The notes under the pieces were generated by a model that did no database searches, was not told where the DNA came from, and saw only the letters and a program-made list of their open reading frames with translations. A stretch of DNA of 62,394 nt from the IMG/VR virus record IMGVR_UViG_3300013132_000054, positions 1 through 62,394 of that record. One strand, 5' to 3'. The stretch is from a virus (lineage: Duplodnaviria > Caudoviricetes). Each line of letters starts with the position of its first letter. Positions within the stretch are counted from its first letter, which is position 1. Below, piece by piece: positions 18,424 to 29,566 of the stretch. The position numbers and the translations under genes are program-made.

Positions 18424-21400
18424 TATAAATCAGTTTCATTTATATATTTAGTTCTAAATTTGTCATACGCACTAGCACCTTTTTTTAATCCAAAATAAAA
18501 GAAAAATGGATTATTAATTTGTCTTCTATTTGTGAATCCACTTGGAACTGAGTCAGTAGCATTTCCATTACTATCCACATTATAAATAAACCCTTTCCAA
18601 TATTTTGAATTCGATGAACCGACAATTATTGAGTGGGATGCCGGAGATATTCTATCTATTGACTGGTACTTATATTGGAAATATCCACTTTCATTTGTCC
18701 CCCAATTATTATTTTGATTACCAAATATTGTATTAGATTCGGTTGTTTTAATATCCCACTCATAAAATGGGACAACTTGTGAGAATGTTTTAATATATCC
18801 AAAATCAGAAGGTAGTGCGGCAGTTGAAGCATTTTCATTCCATATTTTTCTTTTTGGGGTTATGTAATCTCTATTTTGATTATTTCCTGAAAAAAAGATT
18901 TCAAAATAAGCGTTTTGGGTATTATCTCTTTTAACTTTAAATGCAGTTTCAACATCATAACTTTCAGGTGAAAACTCGGCGATTCCAAACTCAGAATTTA
19001 TTGCCGCCATTTGGGAATAGTCGCCATCAATAGTTCCTGGAAATAAAATATTTCCACTTGGATTCCACCTTTTGTTTTTGAAAAATCCCGCAATTGATGG
19101 GTCTGAACCTCCACCAATACCGGGTAAAAATATACTTATAAAGTTTTCATTAACAAAACGACTTAAAATCATTAAATTCATTATGTCAGATACGTTTTTA
19201 AATGACGTAGCGTCTAATTGGTCAACAATATATCCATCATAATCATCATTAAATACTATTTCTTGCAAATAAGAAACTTTAGGACCTAAATCCATTATAG
19301 TGGTTGGAAAACCTAATTGTTTTACATTACCAAACCCGTTTGAGCGTTCATTAGAATCTCTTCCAATAAATTTACCGTTGTTATCATTATAAGGTGAACA
19401 TCTATAATAAAAATTATTTGTTGGGTCGTGAAAATACATTAACTCCGTACAATAATTGTAAACCGGTTTATTTTGATTATCATAAAAAGTACTCATTTGA
19501 AATGGAAATGCATACAGTGTTCCATTTATCCAAGAATTTCCAAATGTGTGAGAAAACACATCAAAACAAAGAGCAATATTTAATTTTATCCTTTGCATAA
19601 ATTCAATTATTAATTTGAAATCTTTAACAATAGAAATTATTGGGAATGAAACTAAACTATAACATCCAAATCCATAATTAAACCAAGACCTAAATCCACC
19701 AACATTATAATTTTTACCGCAACAAGTTCCATCACTTTCATCACATGGTTTAATAGATACAGTATTGTCATCGTTTACCACATAACACTCTAATGGGACT
19801 GCCTTTGAACAATCCGATAATGATTCAATAACATTAGTATACTGAGCCGGGGTGTCTCCAGATTCTATCTCAACAAAAGTATATATTTCAGGTGCGTTTC
19901 CTAAAGCTTGACTTGACCCTGATTCGTCTAATAAATAGATTGTAAATCCAGGATTTTGATGCATTAATAAAATTCCATTTCCAGTTGTATCTCCTGTAGG
20001 TATTTGAGTTGATGACGGTAATCTATCAGTTCTCATAACTAATTTATTTGGATTTAACATCTGAACCGTTGTACTTGGTGAGTAGATATTTGACGTATAT
20101 GTAGTTGTCGTACCTACAGTATTTTTCACAGTTTCTCCACAATAACTACTTGTTGAGTATGATAAACTTAATTCAGCCAAACTACCCCCTTCATAATACT
20201 CACCAACCGCATACCCATAACTTGAATTATTCCCGTTAGTAAACCACCATCCTGTTTTTATATTATAAAAAGTATTACAATCACAATCAGTTGTACTAGC
20301 AATTGCATCACTATCAGTTTGAACTTTTGATAAGAAATTTGATGATAAAACAGTTAAAGGTGTTGTTGAACTAGTTTCTCCCAATCTCGAGTAATATCTT
20401 ATTAAATTACTAGTGTATGATGAGAATGTTTCTTGAACATTAAATGTTCCTCCAAAAAATATACTTGTCCCAAAATCAGTCGCATTATTTGTAGTAAACT
20501 GATTATGTCTTGGTAATTTTAATGAACTTGACGATGATTGGATTGGTATATTTAAATTATACTCTCCTGTGATTGTCAAACCCGCTTGTCCATAGTTTGT
20601 CCACCCAAATATTCTTGATAAATCAATTTCTTGTTGAACTTTTGGAGAATGTGGGTCAACTCCTCTTTGTAGAATAATAATTCCCAAACCTTGAACTCCA
20701 TCATAATAATATAAAGGTGTTTGTATATTAGAACCTGAAGGCTCAGCATATGAAGGACTTGGAGCTAACGCCACACTTCTCCATAATTGGTCGGTACAAT
20801 CCGTATTAGAACCTAAATAATCACCAACAATATCAAAAACCCTCATTTGATTGTTCAAATATCTGTTTAAAAAATCAGGTTTACTGGTGTTTCTGTTAAG
20901 AAAATTACTTGTAATATTTGTGTTGTTTTCAGTTAAAGCAGAAAATGAACTTAAAGTCAATCCAGTTAAAACTTGAAAATATTCCATATCAGTTGGAAAT
21001 GTTAAATAATCTTTTGTCTCACTACTGTAATTAATAGTATATGTAACTGAATTACTTACTGTCGGATTTGATGGTGATGCGAAATTAACCGTCCATTGAG
21101 CTCCGTTTGACATTGGGGTTCCTGTTATAGAGTTTGTTCCTCCTGTATTTGTAATAGACGCACCTGTCAAGTTTGGGTCGGTAGATAGAGTGGGGTCACT
21201 AAATGAAAGTAATTGACCCGCAATAAAATTACTTAATTCTGCCCCGTCAACAACTAACACCATCGTATTATCATAATGGTAGATATTACCGTTACCTGTT
21301 ACCGTTCTTTTTACTTGGTTCCTACCAACACCTGCATTTACAGATGTTGTATCAAAATATTTATCTTTTAAATTAAAAGTATTTAATTTTTCAGCAATTG

Positions 21401-23678
21401 TTAAAGAGTTTGTAAATAAAACATCTATATACTCAGGTCCATTACCTGTGTTTGGAGTGTCTTCATAGGTTGTTGTCTGATTTGGTCCTTCCCATATATA
21501 AGGAAAATCAGTTCTAAATTCAGGTACATCATAAGCATCCGCACTATTGAAGTTTGCTAATGGGCTACTATTAATTGTACCAGTTTTAGCCGCTGTTAAA
21601 TTTTGTTGTAATCCATTTACAGTTTCATTACCGCTAATATCAATTTCGGAATCTTTACAGTCACATCTTTCACATCCATCCTCAGTGTATAATAAAAGTG
21701 GTAGTTTTATATTTCTAAACCAATTATCACCATATTTAACTCTTTTAGGTTTATCACCACAAGGTTTTTGACTTTTGCCTAACCAACTTCTTATTTTATT
21801 AATTGCCTTACATATTCCGTGTATTAACATTTGTATTACCCATACAATTTGCATAATCAAAAATATAATCGGCCATAAAAAAGCAAGTAAGTGCATTGGT
21901 ATGACTATTGAAAATAGAACGTATTTTAATATTATAAAAATGAAACTAATTAATACAAATATTGGAACAAACCTATATTGGACATCATTAACCGGTAATT
22001 TATTCACCGATTCATCACAATCATCAGTATTTATATTTTTAATTTGTAACGTATTCCAAGTAAATCTTCGTGAAGTATACCTGTCAAGTAATTGTGATAT
22101 GGTATAAACTTTATTATACTTCATAAAATAAAAAGTATCCTCACAATCAATTGCCTCTTGTGGATTGTTATAATCATACCAACTTAAACTAAAGGCATAT
22201 GACCTTTCTAAACTATATTTGACCAATGGTATTTTTTCAAAAATCCAAGTAGATGTTGCGCCAGTATCATTGTATGTTGGGGTGATTGATATTATGTCAT
22301 TAGATGTTAGCATAATGTCCTCTTTATTACCAACATATGGATTACCATCTAATTCAACTACAAAATCAGTTACATTTGTTTTTGATTTTACACGATAAAC
22401 ATAACCTGATTGCCCTATTATATTAATAAGTGGGTCATTTGTTTGAACAGTAAAGGTTTCAGTTGGGTAAAGTAGTGGGTCTTCATCACTACTTGTCCAT
22501 CCGTGTTCTTTAATATTTGGAACTAAAAAATAACCTCTTCTATTTTCCTCGTTAAGACCTGAAGGTTGTTGCCATTTAATCTTAAATCTATATTTACCGT
22601 TTGTTGGAATTCCTAATTTTGGGTCATCACTTAATACTTGTTCTCCATTTTCATTAGTATAAACATAATCCAAGTTCATTGGGACTTCTATCATCCAAGT
22701 CCCGTCAGCGTCAATTAATTTACCGTTTTGTGGTAATTCATACTTTTCTAAAATAGGTAACCCATCATCATCAATATCAATAGTTTGTCTTATCGCAACA
22801 ATCTGACCAGGTCCAGTGGTTAACTGACATAATTGACCTAATTTTGATTTAACTTTACATTTTCTTTTAACTTTTTTGGTAGTGTCCGATGAGAATATTG
22901 AACCCATAAACACTGCTGTAGGTTGGATTGTGATATTACTCTGACTATTACTTAAATCAAAATCTGTTCTTGTAATACCTACTTGACAAGTGTCGTCTTG
23001 TCCCCAAAACGCATTAACCTGAACTATTTTTGTTTCATATATGATTTGAGGGAGTTCATTAAAATTATTTGAAGTTCTAAAAAAACTGCCATTAAACTGA
23101 TTTTCAGTTCCTCTCCCAATTCTAATTAAATCTTGAGGGGTCATTGAGAACTCTCCAATGTCCGACAAATCAACATTTAATACCACAGTATGTGTACCAA
23201 CAGGAACACCGTATATCATATAGTCCCCACTTTCATTTGTAGTGACCGTATATTTGTAATATTTTTCAAATAGTTCTGAAGCAACAGGGTCTTTTAATAC
23301 ATCCTCTCTCGTTGGGAATGTCCCTGTGGGGGCATGTCCGGGATATGAAGGAGTATAAGGTAAAAGATTATACCTATATCCATCTTCATTTACATCTTCA
23401 AGTGTTTTATATGGATAATATGATGTTAAAACTAAATTATTTTCATCTTCAGGTTTTAATGGAATAAATATTGATACTTTTGCTTTAGGTATCCCATACC
23501 CTCCATTAACAAAAATCCTACCCGCAATAACCCCATAATCAGCACAACCAATAGGATAAACATCCTCTTGCCTAATTTTTAAAGACAATAATTCTATTTC
23601 TTCAAAATCTTGGTTAATGTTTACCGTTAAGTTTTGGTCTTTGCCAGGTGTCGTCTTAATCCTATATATTTTACCCAT
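18423..23678 (-). CDS. Large baseplate-associated protein with N-terminal carboxypeptidase-regulatory-like beta-sandwich and an internal hydrophobic segment
   Basis: GVIAGRI...GIPKAKVSI...TTNESGDYMIYGVPVGTHTV; about 55-aa hydrophobic stretch near aa 570-625. Confidence 0.55.
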   Translation of the reverse strand: MGKIYRIKTTPGKDQNLTVNINQDFEEIELLSLKIRQEDVYPIGCADYGVIAGRIFVNGGYGIPKAKVSIFIPLKPEDENNLVLTSYYPYKTLEDVNEDGYRYNLLPYTPSYPGHAPTGTFPTREDVLKDPVASELFEKYYKYTVTTNESGDYMIYGVPVGTHTVVLNVDLSDIGEFSMTPQDLIRIGRGTENQFNGSFFRTSNNFNELPQIIYETKIVQVNAFWGQDDTCQVGITRTDFDLSNSQSNITIQPTAVFMGSIFSSDTTKKVKRKCKVKSKLGQLCQLTTGPGQIVAIRQTIDIDDDGLPILEKYELPQNGKLIDADGTWMIEVPMNLDYVYTNENGEQVLSDDPKLGIPTNGKYRFKIKWQQPSGLNEENRRGYFLVPNIKEHGWTSSDEDPLLYPTETFTVQTNDPLINIIGQSGYVYRVKSKTNVTDFVVELDGNPYVGNKEDIMLTSNDIISITPTYNDTGATSTWIFEKIPLVKYSLERSYAFSLSWYDYNNPQEAIDCEDTFYFMKYNKVYTISQLLDRYTSRRFTWNTLQIKNINTDDCDESVNKLPVNDVQYRFVPIFVLISFIFIILKYVLFSIVIPMHLLAFLWPIIFLIMQIVWVIQMLIHGICKAINKIRSWLGKSQKPCGDKPKRVKYGDNWFRNIKLPLLLYTEDGCERCDCKDSEIDISGNETVNGLQQNLTAAKTGTINSSPLANFNSADAYDVPEFRTDFPYIWEGPNQTTTYEDTPNTGNGPEYIDVLFTNSLTIAEKLNTFNLKDKYFDTTSVNAGVGRNQVKRTVTGNGNIYHYDNTMVLVVDGAELSNFIAGQLLSFSDPTLSTDPNLTGASITNTGGTNSITGTPMSNGAQWTVNFASPSNPTVSNSVTYTINYSSETKDYLTFPTDMEYFQVLTGLTLSSFSALTENNTNITSNFLNRNTSKPDFLNRYLNNQMRVFDIVGDYLGSNTDCTDQLWRSVALAPSPSYAEPSGSNIQTPLYYYDGVQGLGIIILQRGVDPHSPKVQQEIDLSRIFGWTNYGQAGLTITGEYNLNIPIQSSSSSLKLPRHNQFTTNNATDFGTSIFFGGTFNVQETFSSYTSNLIRYYSRLGETSSTTPLTVLSSNFLSKVQTDSDAIASTTDCDCNTFYNIKTGWWFTNGNNSSYGYAVGEYYEGGSLAELSLSYSTSSYCGETVKNTVGTTTTYTSNIYSPSTTVQMLNPNKLVMRTDRLPSSTQIPTGDTTGNGILLMHQNPGFTIYLLDESGSSQALGNAPEIYTFVEIESGDTPAQYTNVIESLSDCSKAVPLECYVVNDDNTVSIKPCDESDGTCCGKNYNVGGFRSWFNYGFGCYSLVSFPIISIVKDFKLIIEFMQRIKLNIALCFDVFSHTFGNSWINGTLYAFPFQMSTFYDNQNKPVYNYCTELMYFHDPTNNFYYRCSPYNDNNGKFIGRDSNERSNGFGNVKQLGFPTTIMDLGPKVSYLQEIVFNDDYDGYIVDQLDATSFKNVSDIMNLMILSRFVNENFISIFLPGIGGGSDPSIAGFFKNKRWNPSGNILFPGTIDGDYSQMAAINSEFGIAEFSPESYDVETAFKVKRDNTQNAYFEIFFSGNNQNRDYITPKRKIWNENASTAALPSDFGYIKTFSQVVPFYEWDIKTTESNTIFGNQNNNWGTNESGYFQYKYQSIDRISPASHSIIVGSSNSKYWKGFIYNVDSNGNATDSVPSGFTNRRQINNPFFFYFGLKKGASAYDKFRTKYINETDL

Positions 23679-23691
23679 CGGATTTTATTAC

Positions 23692-23698
23692 ATAAATA
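23692..23698 (-). promoter_or_regulatory. Putative late promoter TATTTAT
   Basis: ATAAATA on + strand 14 nt upstream of start 23678. Confidence 0.55.
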
Positions 23699-23761
23699 GT
23701 TATGACAGCATTTTTATAAACACAATCACCTAAATTATAAGTCCGAATAAAATAAAATAAA

Positions 23762-25600
23762 TTAAGAAAGTGATACTGATTGGAAGTTTTTAACTCTAAC
23801 TCTAATATCTCTTGTTGGGAATCTTACTTGGTATACCTGATTTGGTAATGCAAATATTGTCCCGTCTTGTGGTTCAATTAATTTAGTTGTAGAATCAGCG
23901 TACGCCATAGAAGTTTGTGATGATGAATATTCCCCACCAACTTCGTTAAATATATCAATTTGAGTCACTGAAATCACCCCATTTTCAGATTGTAATACTC
24001 TATTAATTTCAGAAATATTAACATTCTGTCCTAACTCTCTATTAGCCGGACTAAAATAGTTTGATATCTTATCAATGATTGACGTAATGATATTACCTTG
24101 ATTTTGAGTCGACTCTAACACAACATAGACATCCAAACTTAAATCAACAACATCTGCAGTTTCAATTGCAATGTAGTCATTAATCATTCTGAAGTTAGAT
24201 AGGTAGGTCGCCAAATTATCCAACAACGCATTTGATACTGTGTTTGTCAATGCCCCTCCTGTGTCGTATGAAAGGATTTTAACTTTAATTTTATTTTCCT
24301 CTTCCATTACCGCAACTTTAGCGGGAGCTCCGAATTGACTTGGCATCTTTCTAATTAACGCTTCATAATCATTCACGGTTACCGCTCTGTTTTGACTAGC
24401 AAAGTTAAATGCAACATAATTTCTAACTTCTTCTAATGTTGGTTGTCCTGCTCCACCAATCGCCGCAGTTACGTTATTACATCTTAATGAATTAATAACC
24501 GCAGTATTTGTAGTTTCTGATGGTCCGTTCACGACAAAAATAACTGTACCAATTTGATTAATTGTATTCACTCCAACATTACTGCCAACACCTCCACCTG
24601 AGCGATACTGAATGAATAATGTTGTGTTTGGTTTAAGTGTTGAGCCCAATGAAAAATTATTTAAAAAATTTTGTATGTTAGGTAATGTTCCAGAATTTGT
24701 AAATTCTCTTAATTGGTCTTCCGCAGAACCTGTTCCACCACCAAAAGTTAATTTCATGAATCCTTCAGGTGTAAATTCAGTAATGAATCTATTGTTTGTT
24801 TGTATCCACCTACCAATCTTTACACCAGGTTTGTCTGATGGTTTAGTCGAATCTTCAATGAATACCCTATCTTGAGCTAAAGCATCTACCTCATACCATC
24901 TACCATTATCTCCCAAAAATTCTTGAGGTCCTGGTACATTAGCATAACTTGTTCCGTCTTTTTGAATCACACTTGTAATACCCAAAACATTTTTACCGGG
25001 TAAGAAAATTTCATAAAACGGTCTTACATCATTTGGTGTTATAACTTGTTTGAAAACTTTTGTAACCCCATTAACTACTAACTCTCTTTTTGTGATTGTA
25101 TAATTAATTAAATTACCTCTTGAGTCAAAATTTGGAATTTTTAATCTATTCGGATATCCTTGACTATTATATGGTGATGTAAAATCAATATCATAAATTG
25201 TTTCAAAAATCTGTCCCGCCCCTAAAATTTGTGAACCTCTTCTTAATATACCTTCATATCTTTCATCATCTTTATCACCATTTGCCGGTACTGTAATTGA
25301 AAACTCAACCAATGCCACTGAAGGTCTTTGTCCAGGAATTTTTAAACCATACGTTCTTGCTAAATTATATATTGACGACCTTTGTTGAGCAAACTGTAGT
25401 ACAGTTTCTTGAACACTTCTATCAATATGATAATGTAAGTTATCAGAAACCGCAGCGTTCAAATCCATAAACACCGAGAAAACTGATGCGTCGTTAAAAT
25501 TATCAATCAATTCAGGGTAATAAGCTTTAACAAAATTTACAAGTTCAGTTCTTATCCCTTGAAAGTCCCTGACGGTATACGATATTCTTTTTTCAGCCAT
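23762..25600 (-). CDS. Baseplate wedge protein (T4 gp6 / gpJ-like)
   Basis: RDFQGIRTEL...AQQRSSIYNLARTYG; AAIGGAG...NFASQNRAVTVNDYE. Confidence 0.88.
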   Translation of the reverse strand: MAEKRISYTVRDFQGIRTELVNFVKAYYPELIDNFNDASVFSVFMDLNAAVSDNLHYHIDRSVQETVLQFAQQRSSIYNLARTYGLKIPGQRPSVALVEFSITVPANGDKDDERYEGILRRGSQILGAGQIFETIYDIDFTSPYNSQGYPNRLKIPNFDSRGNLINYTITKRELVVNGVTKVFKQVITPNDVRPFYEIFLPGKNVLGITSVIQKDGTSYANVPGPQEFLGDNGRWYEVDALAQDRVFIEDSTKPSDKPGVKIGRWIQTNNRFITEFTPEGFMKLTFGGGTGSAEDQLREFTNSGTLPNIQNFLNNFSLGSTLKPNTTLFIQYRSGGGVGSNVGVNTINQIGTVIFVVNGPSETTNTAVINSLRCNNVTAAIGGAGQPTLEEVRNYVAFNFASQNRAVTVNDYEALIRKMPSQFGAPAKVAVMEEENKIKVKILSYDTGGALTNTVSNALLDNLATYLSNFRMINDYIAIETADVVDLSLDVYVVLESTQNQGNIITSIIDKISNYFSPANRELGQNVNISEINRVLQSENGVISVTQIDIFNEVGGEYSSSQTSMAYADSTTKLIEPQDGTIFALPNQVYQVRFPTRDIRVRVKNFQSVSLS

Positions 25601-25604
25601 AATT

Positions 25605-26063
25605 TTAAATATTAATTATTACAAAATCTTTTGAGTTGAATACGTTGTCGGTGACAACATAATCAATTCTAACTTTTGCGGTGTATTCTTTATTACCCAT
25701 TCCTGTCATATTATAATTCCTTCCTCCAGAATCTTCTGTGGATATTGCGGAATCAACATCATCATTTGATGCATCAGTAATGGATATTTTTGAAATTTTA
25801 AGGTTTGGTATATATTTTTCACAAGATTGTCTAATCTCAGCTTCAATGCTATCAAATGTCAATCCATCCATTGGTTCAAAAATATATTCATATAATCTAC
25901 TACCAAAATCAGGTAAATAATATCTACTACCTCTTCTTGTTAATAAAAGGTGAACTAAATTATTCCTAATCTCATCATCAGCAGTTTGTGATAAACTTAA
26001 ATATTTTCCAAATTGTGAAATTCTGAATGGGAAATCAATACCATATGTTTTTCCATTTGCCAT
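25605..26063 (-). CDS. Baseplate wedge/sheath initiator (T4 gp25 / gpW-like)
   Basis: IRNNLVHLLLTRRGSRYYLPDFGSRLYEYIFEP motif. Confidence 0.9.
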   Translation of the reverse strand: MANGKTYGIDFPFRISQFGKYLSLSQTADDEIRNNLVHLLLTRRGSRYYLPDFGSRLYEYIFEPMDGLTFDSIEAEIRQSCEKYIPNLKISKISITDASNDDVDSAISTEDSGGRNYNMTGMGNKEYTAKVRIDYVVTDNVFNSKDFVIINI

Positions 26064-26068
26064 ATCAA

Positions 26069-26101
26069 ATAAATATAAAGTGCTCTGTTATTTGATAAAT
26101 A
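26069..26101 (-). promoter_or_regulatory. Two tandem putative late promoters TATTTAT (26069-26075, 26095-26101)
   Basis: Two ATAAATA copies between the nrdA terminator and the gp25 start. Confidence 0.55.
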
Positions 26102-26109
26102 GTTAAAAT

Positions 26110-26135
26110 AAAAAACCCAACTTATGTTGGGTTTT
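26110..26135 (-). terminator. Intrinsic terminator after nrdA
   Basis: aaaacccaac-ttat-gttgggtttt hairpin, U-tract on minus strand. Confidence 0.8.
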
Positions 26136-26139
26136 AATA

Positions 26140-28572
26140 TTAGGATGAACATCCAAAACAATCAAACTGACTATTGTCGGGTTTTGGAGGTAAATTCATA
26201 CTTGAATAATCTACCTTTGGTGGTTCAGGTGTTGGGTTTGGTTTTTTTAATTTTGTAGTGTCAATTGCCAAATGTTTTGCCCCTGTTGAAATCGCTTTTG
26301 TTCTAACATAATAACAAAGTGTTTTCAATCCTTTTTCCCATCCATAGAAATGTGAAGATGAAATTTTTGACAATGTTGGGTTACCCATATAAATATTCAT
26401 TGATTGTGATTGGTCAATAAACGGAGCTCTGTCAGCGGCCATTTCAATCAATGACTTTTGTGAAATTTCCCAAATTGTCTTATACTTTTCAATCAATCTT
26501 TCAATACGTTTAACTTTGAAGTTGTACCTTTTGTCTTCTGTGTCTAAATAGTTTAAGAAATTAATACCTTGAATTGAACCTTCATTCATAATGATTTCAT
26601 TCTTCAAATCTTCACACCAAACTCCAATTTTTTCAAAATCATTAATCAAATACTTGTTAACAATCATAATTTCACCACCAACTACACGACGATTGAAGAT
26701 TGCAGAATGAGCGGGTTCTGTCATTTCGTATGAACCTGTAATCTTAGCAGAGGATGCAACAGGCATTTGAGCGGTGAATAAAGAATTACAAACACCATAC
26801 TTTTCAACATTTTGTTTTAAGACATCCCAAGGCCATCTTCCTGATAAATCTTCTTCTTTTAATCCCCACATATCAAATTGGAAATTTCCTTGTGACATAG
26901 GTGAACCTTCAAAATGTGAATATGGTTTGTATTCACCATCCATACACAATCTATTACTTTCAGTGACTGCTGCAAAATAAATTGTTTCAAAAATTTCCTT
27001 ATTTAACTTACGAGCCTCATCTGATGTAAAAATATAATCCATCAAATAGAATACGTCAGCAAGTCCTTGTGTACCAATTGCGATTGCCCTTTGAGCAAGT
27101 CCTCCAATTCTACCTTTTTCAGTTGAGTAGTTGTTTATATCAATAACCTTGTTCAACGCTCTTACTACTTTACGAGTTTCTTCGTATAGAAGTTTGTGGT
27201 TAAATTCACCATCCTTAACAAAGTTTTTCAACACCATAGATGACAAAGTACAAATTGCGGTAGTGTCTTCATCGGTGTATTGGTAAATCTCGTTACAAAG
27301 ATTTGATTGTTTAATTACCCCAATGTTTTGGTGATTAGTCTTTTTATTAGCATTGTCTTTAGAACATAGGTATGGAACACCCGTCTCAATTTGGGACTCA
27401 ATAATCTTATTCCAAATTTCTTGAGCTTTAACTTTTTTACCAATACCTAATTCAACTGCCTTATTATAGTTTGTTTCATACTCATCACTATAACATTCCT
27501 GTAATGGTTTAATCCCATTCTTTTTAATATCGTTAGGACAGAACAAATACCAATCGTCGTTGTTTTTAACCGCCCTCATAAAGTTATCAGGTATCCAAAG
27601 AGCCGTGAATAAATCTCTTGCTCTCAATTCTTCAGCACCTGTATTTTTTTTAATATCCAATAAATCAAAGATATCTTTATGCCAAGGTTCCAAATAAATT
27701 GCCGCAGAGCCAGGTCTTCTTCCTTGTTGGTTAAAGAAACGAAGTGACTCGTTCACAATCTTCAAATACTTTAACAATCCACCAGCATACCCACCCGAAG
27801 AATTAATACGACTCTCCTTACTACGGATGTTTGACATACAAAGTCCAATACCCGCAGCGTCTGAAGAATAAGTTGAAATGTCTCTCATTGTATCCAAAAG
27901 ACCTTCACGTGAATCCGCATCGTTATACTTTAATACACAAGATGCAAGTTGTGGAGTTTTAGTACCAGCATTAATCATAATTGGTGTTGCCGGAGATATA
28001 AGTTGTGTTGACAATGACTTGTAATATTCAACCGCTTCCTCAAATGATTTTGTAACCCATAAAGCAACACGCATATACATATGTTGTGGTCTTTCTACAG
28101 TTTTACCTGTTGGTAATTTCAAAAGATACATTTCTTGTAATGAACGCCAAGCAAAATAATCAAAGTTATAATCATTATCGTGATTTATCACATCATCAAT
28201 GTTACTAGGACCATATTCTTCAATAGTTTCCATTAACTTATCGTTAATAATACCATCAACATGCAACATATGCATAGTATTTGAAAAACTTGGGTCGGTT
28301 TCTTTATGATATGATGAAATAGCAACTGATGAAGCCAATCGGGAATAGTCGTGATGACTTCCCGTAAACGCCGCAGCAATTTCATAAATTAGTTTGTCTA
28401 AATCTTTGGTTGTAATAATACCTTCAGTTGGTACTGAAGTTATTACTTTAATAAAGATTTCATCAGAATTTACGGTCAATCCTTTGGCCGCTCTTTTAAT
28501 TCTGTTGTAAATTTTTTGTGGGTTAAAAGACGCATCTTCACCACTACGTTTTTTAATTCTTAATGACATCAT
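26140..28572 (-). CDS. nrdA: Class Ia ribonucleotide reductase alpha subunit
   Basis: N-terminal ATP cone, SPATP, QLASC, SNLCNEI, AQMPVASS, KTLCYYVR, C-terminal CxxC. Confidence 0.97.
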   Translation of the reverse strand: MMSLRIKKRSGEDASFNPQKIYNRIKRAAKGLTVNSDEIFIKVITSVPTEGIITTKDLDKLIYEIAAAFTGSHHDYSRLASSVAISSYHKETDPSFSNTMHMLHVDGIINDKLMETIEEYGPSNIDDVINHDNDYNFDYFAWRSLQEMYLLKLPTGKTVERPQHMYMRVALWVTKSFEEAVEYYKSLSTQLISPATPIMINAGTKTPQLASCVLKYNDADSREGLLDTMRDISTYSSDAAGIGLCMSNIRSKESRINSSGGYAGGLLKYLKIVNESLRFFNQQGRRPGSAAIYLEPWHKDIFDLLDIKKNTGAEELRARDLFTALWIPDNFMRAVKNNDDWYLFCPNDIKKNGIKPLQECYSDEYETNYNKAVELGIGKKVKAQEIWNKIIESQIETGVPYLCSKDNANKKTNHQNIGVIKQSNLCNEIYQYTDEDTTAICTLSSMVLKNFVKDGEFNHKLLYEETRKVVRALNKVIDINNYSTEKGRIGGLAQRAIAIGTQGLADVFYLMDYIFTSDEARKLNKEIFETIYFAAVTESNRLCMDGEYKPYSHFEGSPMSQGNFQFDMWGLKEEDLSGRWPWDVLKQNVEKYGVCNSLFTAQMPVASSAKITGSYEMTEPAHSAIFNRRVVGGEIMIVNKYLINDFEKIGVWCEDLKNEIIMNEGSIQGINFLNYLDTEDKRYNFKVKRIERLIEKYKTIWEISQKSLIEMAADRAPFIDQSQSMNIYMGNPTLSKISSSHFYGWEKGLKTLCYYVRTKAISTGAKHLAIDTTKLKKPNPTPEPPKVDYSSMNLPPKPDNSQFDCFGCSS

Positions 28573-28591
28573 AGTTTAAAAAGATAGTAAA

Positions 28592-29539
28592 TTAAAAGTC
28601 ATCAGTAAATGAGAGGGACTCATTTAATTTTGCTTTTTGATATTCAACTGTTCTTGACTCAAAGAAATTACCTTTTGTTTCAACGGCAATTTGCTCCATA
28701 AATTTAAATGGTTGTTCTACATTAAATTGTTTCTTACATCCAAATTTAACAAGCAATCCATCAACCACAAATTCCAAATATTGTTTCATTAAATTTTGGT
28801 TCATTCCAATCAATGAAACAGGTAATGATTCGGTAATAAATTCTTTTTCAATTTCCAAAGCCGACAAAAGAATTTCTTTAATTCTTTTTTCACTTGGTTT
28901 GTTTTCAACGTGATTATTTAACAAGTGAATCGCAAAATCACAATGTAAGTTTTCATCCTTAAAAATCAAAGAGTTTGCATTACACAATCCTTGCATAATT
29001 CCACGAGATTTCAACCAAAAAATTGAACAGAATGACCCAGAAAAGAAAATACCTTCAACTGCAGCAAATGCTACCAATCTTTCTTGGAATGACGCATTTT
29101 CAATCCAATCTAAAGCCCATTTAGCCTTCTTTTGAACTGCGGGTAGGTTATCTAGTGCGGTGAAACATTTGTTCTTTTCTTCCTCATTTGAAATGTAAGT
29201 GTCAATCAATAACGAATACATCAATGAGTGAATATTTTCCATTGCAAGTTGCATACCATAGAAGAATTTTGCTTCAGGGTATTGAACTTCTCTATAAAAA
29301 TTCTCCGCTAAATTCTCATTAACAATACCATCAGAAGCCGCAAAAAATGACAATACATTTTTAATAAAATATTGTTCATTTTCTGACAAATTCTCCCAAT
29401 CTCTAATGTCATTTGATAAATCCACTTCTTCAGCCGTCCAAAATGCGGCTTGGTGCATTTTGTAATATTCCCATATATCATTGTATTGTATTGGGAATAT
29501 TACAAATCTGTTTGGGTTTTCTTTTAAAATTTTTTCCAT
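28592..29539 (-). CDS. nrdB: Ribonucleotide reductase beta subunit
   Basis: [37 protein letters not shown]. Confidence 0.97.
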   Translation of the reverse strand: MEKILKENPNRFVIFPIQYNDIWEYYKMHQAAFWTAEEVDLSNDIRDWENLSENEQYFIKNVLSFFAASDGIVNENLAENFYREVQYPEAKFFYGMQLAMENIHSLMYSLLIDTYISNEEEKNKCFTALDNLPAVQKKAKWALDWIENASFQERLVAFAAVEGIFFSGSFCSIFWLKSRGIMQGLCNANSLIFKDENLHCDFAIHLLNNHVENKPSEKRIKEILLSALEIEKEFITESLPVSLIGMNQNLMKQYLEFVVDGLLVKFGCKKQFNVEQPFKFMEQIAVETKGNFFESRTVEYQKAKLNESLSFTDDF

Positions 29540-29566
29540 AAAATATTATTTAATCTGTTTTAATAA

